Positions 56,535-64,000 of a DNA stretch of 64,000 nt are shown piece by piece (the stretch's first letter is position 1; each line of letters begins with the position of its first letter). Source of the DNA: a virus; IMG/VR virus record IMGVR_UViG_3300042691_027063, positions 31,648 to 95,647 of that record, one strand, 5' to 3'. The translations under genes were made by a program, and so were the position numbers. The notes below the pieces were generated by a model that made no database searches, was not told where the DNA came from, and saw only the letters and a program-made list of their open reading frames with translations.

Positions 56535-56887
56535 GTTTTGTTTTAGATGCAATTCGTCTCAAAGAAATACTAGACGGACCAGAAACAGTTAACGCTTTGT
56601 GGTATTCACCATCTTTTTCTTTAGATAATAGAGAAGATGAATTTTCCATTCAAGTTAACTATGATAATGGCGTTTCTCCAGCCATGAGTTTTATTTTACA
56701 AATTTCCTCAGACAACATTAACTTTGCTGACATTGTTGAATCTGCCCAACCAGTAACAGATTCGTCAGGCTCTCATATTTGGGACATTGCCGGTTCTGGA
56801 GCTTTGTATGCCAGAATTAAGATTGATGTCAGTTCTGGTGCATTAGACGTTACAAGAATCTTTTACGCTGCTAAGCAAAGGCACTAA
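56531..56887 (+). CDS. virion structural protein
   Basis: LQISSDNINF...YARIK beta-sandwich pattern. Confidence 0.6.
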   Translation: MSFVLDAIRLKEILDGPETVNALWYSPSFSLDNREDEFSIQVNYDNGVSPAMSFILQISSDNINFADIVESAQPVTDSSGSHIWDIAGSGALYARIKIDVSSGALDVTRIFYAAKQRH

Positions 56888-56889
56888 TT

Positions 56890-59800
56890 ATGGCTAATAC
56901 CGCAATTAGACTTGGATATATTTCTACATCTGGCGGAGGCGGAGGAGGCATTGTTGAATATGCCAACCTTGCAGCTTTTCCTGCAATTGGTCAAGGAAGC
57001 TTAGTTTATCTAGCTTTAGATACTAAGAAAATATATAAGTGGAGTTCTGGAGCTTATCTCCTAATTTCTCCTTCTGAAGTTACTTCAGTTAACACAGAAG
57101 TTGGCGATGTTGTTTTAGACAAGGCTGACATTGGACTTGGTAACGTAGATAATACAAGTGATGCTGATAAGCCAATTAGTGACGACACTCAAGCAGCCTT
57201 GGACGACAAAGTAGCCAAAGCTGGCGACACTATGAGTGGGGCTTTATTTTTAGAAGATCCTCTAAACTCAAGTAATAACACCCAAGTATCTTTTGGTAGC
57301 GTGTTAATGCAATCTGATAATGGATCAGAGGTTGCTTTTGGTAACGTAAGTGGAGGAAACCTATACGTAGAAAAATCAATTGGATCTGAAGTTTTTAGTG
57401 CAGAATATGCTGCTGATCAAGCGTATATTTTATACGACGATGGGACTGGAGCAGTTCCGTTTATTCCCACTGTAGATGAACACTTAACAACTAAAAAGTA
57501 CGTGGATGATGAAGTTGCTACAAAAGAGCCAACCATCACAGCTGGTACTACCTCTGAGTATTGGAGAGGAGACAAGACGTTCCAGACGCTAGATAAAGCT
57601 GCTGTAGGACTCTCCAATGTCGATAATACGAGTGATGCGGATAAGCCAATTTCTAGCGCAACTCAAACAGCCCTAAACGCTAAAGTAGAGACATCTTTAG
57701 TCGGTGCTATTAATGGAGTTGCTTCTCTCGATGGCACAGGCAAAGTTCCTTCCACACAACTTCCAAGTTATGTTGATGATGTTGTGGAATATGCTAACTT
57801 AGCAGCTTTTCCAGTAACTGGAGAAACAAGTAAGATTTACGTTGCTTTAGATACAAACAAGTGCTACCGCTGGTCTGGGTCAGCTTATGTAGAAATTTCT
57901 CCTTCTGAAGTAAATTCTGTAGCTGGTAAAACTGGTATTGTTTTACTTGTAAAAGCAGATGTCGGACTTTCTAATGTCGATAATACTTCTGATGCTAACA
58001 AGCCTATCTCAACCGCAACACAGACTGCCTTAAACGCTAAAGAAGATAGCATTACTACAGGAACAACCTCTCAATATTGGAGAGGAGATAAGACTTTTCA
58101 AACACTTGATAAGTCCGCTGTTGGATTATCAAACGTCGACAACACAAGTGATGCTGATAAACCAATATCAAGTGCTACTCAGACAGCTTTAAATGGTAAA
58201 GCTAATTCCCCTCACGTTCATGCACTTTCCGACTTAACTCAATCTGCTGCAACAAATGGACAAGTGCCAAGCTGGAACGGAACTAACTGGGTTCCTTCAA
58301 CTCCAGCAACGGTTATTACCGACCATACGCTTCTGTCAAATATTGGGACAAACACCCACGCTAACATTGACACGCACATTGCTGCAACTTCTGCGGTTCA
58401 TGGAGTAACGGGTTCTGTTGTTGGGACGAGCGACTCACAAGCTTTAACCAACAAGACTATCGATGCCGATCTTAACACGCTCAGTAACATTGAAAACGCT
58501 GATATTAAAGCTGCTGCTGCAATTGCTAGAACTAAACTTGCTTCTGGCACAGCTAATAGAATTGTTATTAATGATGGTACTGGAGTTATGGCAGATGCTG
58601 CCGCTATAACAGCTTCTCGTGCATTAGTATCTGATGCCAGTGGTATTCCTACGGCTTCCGCTGTAACCTCCACCGAATTAGGATATGTCTCTGGTGTAAC
58701 TTCAGCAATTCAAACACAAATTGGTGCAAAACAAGATACCATTACTGGAGCTGCTACTACAGTTACTACAGCAGACTTAACCGCTTCCCGGGCAGTTGTT
58801 TCTGATGCAACTGGTAAAATTGTTGTATCTACTGTTACATCTACAGAAATTGGGTATCTCTCCGGTGTTACTTCTGCAATTCAAACTCAGATTAACGGTA
58901 AGCAAAACTCTTTAGGATTTACCCCAGAAGATGTTGCTAATAAATCCACAACAACATCACTTGGCACTTCAGATACTCTTTACCCAACTCAAAATGCTGT
59001 TAAAACTTACGTTGATAATGCCGTAACTGGAGGAGCAACCCCAGATGCAACAACGCTTATTAAAGGTAAAGTAAAGCTTGCTGGAGATTTAGCTGGTACA
59101 GCCGATCTTCCTACCGTTCCCGGATTGGCTACAAAAGAGCCAACTATAACAGCAACTACTTCTGCTGATTATTACCGCGGTGATAAAACATTCCAGCCAC
59201 TCAATAAAGCTGCAGTTGGCTTATCCAATGTTGACAACACAAGTGATGCTGACAAACCCGTTTCTTCTGCAACACAAACTGCCCTTAATGCTAAAGAAAA
59301 TTCAATTACGGCGGGAACCACTGGGCAGTATTGGCGCGGGGATAAAAGCTTTCAAACATTAGATAAGACTGCGGTAGGATTGTCTAATGTTGATAACACG
59401 AGCGATGCTGATAAGCCTATCTCTTCTGCAACTCAGACGGCTTTAAATGCTAAATATGATGCATCAAATCCTTCCAATTATGTAAATGCAGCTGGTGCAG
59501 CTGCTGCTGCTCCTGTTCAATCAGTAGCGGGTAAAACTGGAATTGTAACTCTTGATAAAACTGACGTTGGTTTATCAAACGTAGACAATACAAGTGATCT
59601 TAATAAGCCAATAAGCACAGCCACACAGACGGCTTTAAATGGAAAAGAAAACACCATTACTGCTGGAACTACTGGGCAATATTATAGAGGCGATAAAACA
59701 TTTCAAACGCTCGATAAAACCGCTGTTGGATTGGCTAATGTAGATAATACCTCTGATCTTAATAAGCCAATTTCTACCGCAACTCAAACTGCTTTAAATG

Positions 59801-62034
59801 CTAAAGTAGATAATGCTTTAGTGGGAGCTATAAATGGCGTTGCTTCTTTAGATGGTACTGGAAAAGTTCCCTCTACACAACTTCCAAGCTATGTTGATGA
59901 CGTACTAGAGTTTGCTAATTTTGCTGCATTTCCAGTAACCGGAGAATCTGGTAAGATATATGTAACATTAGATACTAACTTAACTTATCGTTGGTCAGGT
60001 TCTATCTATGTTGAAATTTCAGTTTCATTAGCATTAGGAGAAACGTCTTCTACTGCATATCGTGGAGATAGAGGTAAAACTGCGTATGACCATTCGCAAA
60101 TTGTTGCAGGAAATCCACATGGAACAACTAAGTCTGATGTAGGTCTTAGTAATGTTCCCAATGTTGATGCTACAGATCCGGCGAACATTATTCAAACATC
60201 GTCTTATAGATTTGTTACAGATACAGAAAAGTCTACGTGGAATGGAAAAGAAAATGCAATTACTGCTGGGACCACATCTCAGTATTGGCGTGGGGATAAA
60301 TCATTCCAAACATTGGACAAAACTGCAGTTGGGCTGGCTAATGTGGACAACACAAGTGACTTAGATAAACCAATAAGTACTGCCACAGCTACAGCATTAA
60401 GTGGCAAAGCTAATACAGCTCACGTTCATGCTTTATCCGATCTCACCCAGTCTTCAGCCACTTCTGGACAAATTCCAAGCTGGAATGGTACAAACTGGGT
60501 TCCTGTAACTCCTTCTTCGGGTGTAACAGATCACACATTGCTTACTAATATTGGTACAAATACACATGCTCAGATTGACGCATTCATGGCTAATACCACG
60601 AATGTTTATACCGATACAAAAGAGCCAACAGGATTCTTTTCCAGAACTACCACTACTTTATCTTTTGATAACGGCACAAGAAATTTCTCAATTACTCCAA
60701 CTGGAGCGACTTTTGATGTTTGGGTTAAAGGCGTAAAGTATATAAAAACTGGCGCACAAACCATTCAGATTCCAGCTTTACCGGGAAATCACTTTATTTA
60801 TTTTGATGCAACAGGTTCTTTAGGAACAACGCAAGCCGCTGGTCCAGAGCTTTTCATTGACAACGCACTCGTTTCTATTATTTACTGGAATACGGATACA
60901 AATACTCGCACTTACTTTGCAGAAGAAAGACATGGAATGCAAATGGATGGAGCAACGCATTCTTATCTTCATACTGTCTTTGGTGCTCAGTTTATTTCGG
61001 GTTTAGCTCTTCAGGGGTTTAGCGTTGATGGAGATGGGAGTTTAGATGCCCATGCCCAATTTACCAGCGATTCTGGAACAATTAAAGATGAAGATATAAC
61101 TATTACCATTTCTGCACAAACTCAAATTCCTGTTCTTTATAGACAGGGGCTTTTGTGGCGCAAGAAAGCGGCAGATGCCTTTCCTTTTATTTATAGCGGA
61201 ACGGCTGGATACACTGGAGCTGCTGGAAGAATTCCCTATAATCAGTTTACAGGCGGAGCTTGGCAGCTTACAGAAATTGCCAACAATGCTTTTGTTCTTG
61301 TACACTTATTTGGCACAAACGATATAGAAAATCCAGTTGTTGCAATTCAAGGTACTGCAACTTATGGAAACGTAACAGCCGCAAGACTTGCAGCAAGCTC
61401 AGAAATTACTAGCCTTTCAGGACTTCCGTTTGCCGAATTTGTTGCTCTTGGAAGCGTTGTATTAGAAAGCTCTAATACTTATTCTAACACACCACAGGCA
61501 ATTGTTAGATCTGTAGATGGTACAGATTACGTAGATTTCCGTGGAACTCAGCTTTACACTCCAGCAGGGGAAGTTTCTACCCACGGGCTTCTTTCCGGCT
61601 TGTCAAGCGATGACCATTTACAATACCACACAGATGCTCGTGGAGACATTCGCTATTACACCAAAGCTCAAGTAGACACCATAATTGCTGGAATAACCTC
61701 TCCGGGAGATTTGGATGACACGGCTTTTAGCTTTGCCAACAATCAAAGTGCTGCGGCTAATGTAACGGGCTTTGCCTTTGCCAATGCCACTGTAAGGTCT
61801 TTTAAAGCACTTGTTTCTGTATCTGTAGATGCTACCACAGACCTATTTGAGGTCGTTGAAATAGAGGGTATACATAAAGGCTCAGAGTGGGATTATTCAA
61901 TTAGCACCACAGGTGACGTAACTGGAGTCGTCTTTAGCATAACTAGTACAGGACAGATCCAATATACTTCTCCAAGCTTTGCCGGTTTTGTGTCAGGAAC
62001 TATTAAATTTAGGGCTTTAACTACAGCCGTATAG
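56890..62034 (+). CDS. long repetitive tail fibre
   Basis: Nine GLxNVDNTSDxxKPxS repeats, six Y[WY]RGDK[TS]FQ repeats, three E[YF]AN.AAFP modules. Confidence 0.8.
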   Translation: MANTAIRLGYISTSGGGGGGIVEYANLAAFPAIGQGSLVYLALDTKKIYKWSSGAYLLISPSEVTSVNTEVGDVVLDKADIGLGNVDNTSDADKPISDDTQAALDDKVAKAGDTMSGALFLEDPLNSSNNTQVSFGSVLMQSDNGSEVAFGNVSGGNLYVEKSIGSEVFSAEYAADQAYILYDDGTGAVPFIPTVDEHLTTKKYVDDEVATKEPTITAGTTSEYWRGDKTFQTLDKAAVGLSNVDNTSDADKPISSATQTALNAKVETSLVGAINGVASLDGTGKVPSTQLPSYVDDVVEYANLAAFPVTGETSKIYVALDTNKCYRWSGSAYVEISPSEVNSVAGKTGIVLLVKADVGLSNVDNTSDANKPISTATQTALNAKEDSITTGTTSQYWRGDKTFQTLDKSAVGLSNVDNTSDADKPISSATQTALNGKANSPHVHALSDLTQSAATNGQVPSWNGTNWVPSTPATVITDHTLLSNIGTNTHANIDTHIAATSAVHGVTGSVVGTSDSQALTNKTIDADLNTLSNIENADIKAAAAIARTKLASGTANRIVINDGTGVMADAAAITASRALVSDASGIPTASAVTSTELGYVSGVTSAIQTQIGAKQDTITGAATTVTTADLTASRAVVSDATGKIVVSTVTSTEIGYLSGVTSAIQTQINGKQNSLGFTPEDVANKSTTTSLGTSDTLYPTQNAVKTYVDNAVTGGATPDATTLIKGKVKLAGDLAGTADLPTVPGLATKEPTITATTSADYYRGDKTFQPLNKAAVGLSNVDNTSDADKPVSSATQTALNAKENSITAGTTGQYWRGDKSFQTLDKTAVGLSNVDNTSDADKPISSATQTALNAKYDASNPSNYVNAAGAAAAAPVQSVAGKTGIVTLDKTDVGLSNVDNTSDLNKPISTATQTALNGKENTITAGTTGQYYRGDKTFQTLDKTAVGLANVDNTSDLNKPISTATQTALNAKVDNALVGAINGVASLDGTGKVPSTQLPSYVDDVLEFANFAAFPVTGESGKIYVTLDTNLTYRWSGSIYVEISVSLALGETSSTAYRGDRGKTAYDHSQIVAGNPHGTTKSDVGLSNVPNVDATDPANIIQTSSYRFVTDTEKSTWNGKENAITAGTTSQYWRGDKSFQTLDKTAVGLANVDNTSDLDKPISTATATALSGKANTAHVHALSDLTQSSATSGQIPSWNGTNWVPVTPSSGVTDHTLLTNIGTNTHAQIDAFMANTTNVYTDTKEPTGFFSRTTTTLSFDNGTRNFSITPTGATFDVWVKGVKYIKTGAQTIQIPALPGNHFIYFDATGSLGTTQAAGPELFIDNALVSIIYWNTDTNTRTYFAEERHGMQMDGATHSYLHTVFGAQFISGLALQGFSVDGDGSLDAHAQFTSDSGTIKDEDITITISAQTQIPVLYRQGLLWRKKAADAFPFIYSGTAGYTGAAGRIPYNQFTGGAWQLTEIANNAFVLVHLFGTNDIENPVVAIQGTATYGNVTAARLAASSEITSLSGLPFAEFVALGSVVLESSNTYSNTPQAIVRSVDGTDYVDFRGTQLYTPAGEVSTHGLLSGLSSDDHLQYHTDARGDIRYYTKAQVDTIIAGITSPGDLDDTAFSFANNQSAAANVTGFAFANATVRSFKALVSVSVDATTDLFEVVEIEGIHKGSEWDYSISTTGDVTGVVFSITSTGQIQYTSPSFAGFVSGTIKFRALTTAV

Positions 62035-62088
62035 TATTTTTAAGGGGTTATAAATACCTGAAAAAACACCCTTATATGGTAGAGGTTT

Positions 62089-62682
62089 TTGATGTCCCAG
62101 AATAAGAATTGTAGGGTTTGTAAGATAGATAAAGAGCAGCTTGCTTTTAAGAAAAGTAAGTACTATAAATCGGGCTATTCTACAATTTGCAAAGATTGTC
62201 ATAATCTACAAAGCAGGGTACATTCAAAAACAGAAAAAGGGAAATTAGCTAAAAAGCTTTATTTAAGCACAGAAAACGGTAAAAATATAAGGAAAAATAC
62301 CTGCGCTCGATACTATCAGACTAAAGTAAAAAATAGATTAAAAAATGATGAAAAGTTTAAAATTGCATATAATCTTAGAGTAAGTATAGCACATGTCATT
62401 AAGCAGAAAGGGTTTTATAAAAAGAACAAATTAAAAGATATTTTAGGTTGTAGTTTAGAATTTCTAAAGACTTACTTAGAAGAAACCTTTAAAAATAATT
62501 ATAATAGAGGTATAGTAGAATCTGACATTGTAGAAATCGATCATATAGTACCAATAAGTTCGGCTCAGACTGTTGAAAAGCTTTATGAATTAAATCATTT
62601 TACTAATCTACAGATGTTGTTAAGAAGTGATAATAGAAGAAAAAGTGCAAAAATGGAGTATACTTTAAGTGAGTCAAAATAA
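62089..62682 (+). CDS. HNH homing endonuclease
   Basis: CRVC...CKDC, ILGCS, EIDHIVPIS, LNHFTNLQML. Confidence 0.85.
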   Translation: MMSQNKNCRVCKIDKEQLAFKKSKYYKSGYSTICKDCHNLQSRVHSKTEKGKLAKKLYLSTENGKNIRKNTCARYYQTKVKNRLKNDEKFKIAYNLRVSIAHVIKQKGFYKKNKLKDILGCSLEFLKTYLEETFKNNYNRGIVESDIVEIDHIVPISSAQTVEKLYELNHFTNLQMLLRSDNRRKSAKMEYTLSESK

Positions 62683-63619
62683 AAACTCTCAATACGATGC
62701 TCCGCTGATTGTCAAGGAAGTCCATGACTTCTATGGACAAGCTATACGTGTAAGAGACACCAATTCCCTTAATAGCCAACACTTCACTCATTTCTCAGCC
62801 ACATACGATGTTAATAACAATCCCACACAGGTAAATTACTTTCGTGGGACAGAAAGCCACATTACCAACATTGCTTGTGTTGCTGATGTTGCCGGTTCTT
62901 TAAACAACAAGTATTTTACCATCCGATCTTGTCCAGCTAACGGACTTTTCGTTGTGTGGTATAATGTTGATGGAACAGGAACGGCTCCAGTTGTTGCAAA
63001 TTCCACACTTATTGAAGTGCAGATTAGTGCAGGAGACTCTGCTATCATAGTAGCTGTTGCAACCCGTTTAACGCTAAATACGTTCTTTTCCAGCTTCTTT
63101 AAAGCTACTCAACTTAATGGAGTTTTGGAAATTAGAACAGTAGGTTTGGGCGTTTGCTCTAACTCAGCCGATGTCAATACAGGTTTTGCCATTTCTAACA
63201 CGCAAGGCGCTCAAGTTTTAACAGATTCTATTTCGTTGTCATATTCAGGACTAGACCCAGTTTATAACGGTCAGGTTCTTAAAGGCTATAAGTATGATAT
63301 TTGGGGTGGAGCTTTTGAGCCAGCAAGTTCAGTAAGTGCGTCAATTACAGCCCCTGTTATTAGCTCTGGGACAGATGATGGAACTCCTTCTGGAACGCCA
63401 TATGTTTTTGTTAATAATGAATTTAGCCAAATTTTAGCAGCTGGTGATAGAGTGGATGAGTTTATATATGCCGACGCTGGAACAAAAAACGAAAGAGTAA
63501 TAGAAATTAATACAACAAGTACTAATGTTCATCCGGGTAAAACCGCTAAAAAAAGCATAATCTATACATTAGTTGGAAACTCTTATGTATTAGCAAGTAT
63601 AACAAAAAGTGTAATTTAG
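62669..63619 (+). CDS. virion structural protein (paralog of the 40081..40920 C-terminus)
   Basis: QILAAGDRVDEFIYADAGTKNERVIEINTTS. Confidence 0.65.
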   Translation: MSQNKNSQYDAPLIVKEVHDFYGQAIRVRDTNSLNSQHFTHFSATYDVNNNPTQVNYFRGTESHITNIACVADVAGSLNNKYFTIRSCPANGLFVVWYNVDGTGTAPVVANSTLIEVQISAGDSAIIVAVATRLTLNTFFSSFFKATQLNGVLEIRTVGLGVCSNSADVNTGFAISNTQGAQVLTDSISLSYSGLDPVYNGQVLKGYKYDIWGGAFEPASSVSASITAPVISSGTDDGTPSGTPYVFVNNEFSQILAAGDRVDEFIYADAGTKNERVIEINTTSTNVHPGKTAKKSIIYTLVGNSYVLASITKSVI

Positions 63620-63629
63620 GAGATAACGA

Positions 63630-64000
63630 ATGAAATTGCTAGATGTAAAATTATTGGAAAGTGTTGGTGGGACGTATGACCAAACGAGAACCACAATTCA
63701 AGGTCGAGTAACCCAGAGAACAATTGACTCTAAGCCAGTGCTTGGTCCATCACCTACCCGATTCCTTGATGTGTTTTCTGACACAGCCGGTGCTTTCACG
63801 CCGCTCACCACGATGTTTGCAAGTGACAACGGGCGGGTGTTCATGATCGGCGCCATCGCGGGTGGTGCCATTCCTGTTGTTTGCTATGAAATCAATCAGG
63901 TCACTGGTGTCCACACCTATGTCGGGCGTATCAACATCGCCATGCCGTCATCTCCTGCGATTGTCCACACGGTGAGATCCATTAAGGTCATCGATAATGG
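63630..64000 (+). CDS. partial virion protein, paralog of 40917..42971
   Basis: MKLLDVKLLESVGGTYDQTRTTIQGRVTQRT...; AGGAG SD; runs off the window end. Confidence 0.7.
   Translation, partial: MKLLDVKLLESVGGTYDQTRTTIQGRVTQRTIDSKPVLGPSPTRFLDVFSDTAGAFTPLTTMFASDNGRVFMIGAIAGGAIPVVCYEINQVTGVHTYVGRINIAMPSSPAIVHTVRSIKVIDN

Noticed and set aside
57484-57492. Additional TTAACAACT motif
   Set aside because: Deep inside a CDS; plausible chance occurrence in AT-rich sequence
56890-60300. RGD integrin-binding motifs
   Set aside because: They are part of a repeated structural fibre unit; no evidence for eukaryotic targeting
51351-62034. Diversity-generating retroelement or invertase-driven fibre switching
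   Set aside because: No reverse transcriptase, recombinase or adenine-specific TR/VR pair seen in the window
1-64000. tRNA genes, integrase and stop-codon reassignment
   Set aside because: No cloverleaf or integrase recognised by eye; long genes are intact and TAA, TAG and TGA all act as stops

Overview
A 64-kb segment of an AT-rich, apparently lytic tailed dsDNA phage genome (probably podovirus-like; no sheath, tube or tape measure recognisable in the window; standard genetic code). It has two divergent arms separated by a ~1.1-kb non-coding region (30.93-32.1 kb). The left arm (minus strand) is driven by sigma70-type TTGACA-17/18-TAnnnT promoters. It carries early and replication genes: family B DNA polymerase, primase-helicase, DEDDh and PD-(D/E)xK nucleases, ERF recombinase, class II RNR, thioredoxin, MazG-like, SLOG, Mom-like, a phiEco32-like amidoligase/GATase/ATP-grasp trio and many small ORFs. 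The right arm (plus strand) carries lysis, packaging and virion genes: M15 endolysin, terminase, trypsin-like protease, portal, SLT, scaffold, major capsid and fibre proteins. These are preceded by a recurrent (T)TAACAACT putative late-promoter motif. The two most unusual signals are as follows. (1) Two complete hammerhead ribozymes (type II at 30580-30631, type III at 30252-30304) lie in the first early transcript. Together they would excise a 310-nt structured non-coding RNA, and the second ribozyme base-pairs the Shine-Dalgarno of the next gene. (2) A dispersed family of ~16 hypervariable 47-76 aa microproteins shares only an N-terminal hydrophobic-x-Q ... [LYF]-x-F pattern; five are absent from the ORF track. 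Also seen are a twice-repeated structured RNA motif, a phased array of IHF-like repeats and a duplicated virion cassette. All calls are from reading the sequence by eye; no searches or folding programs were run.
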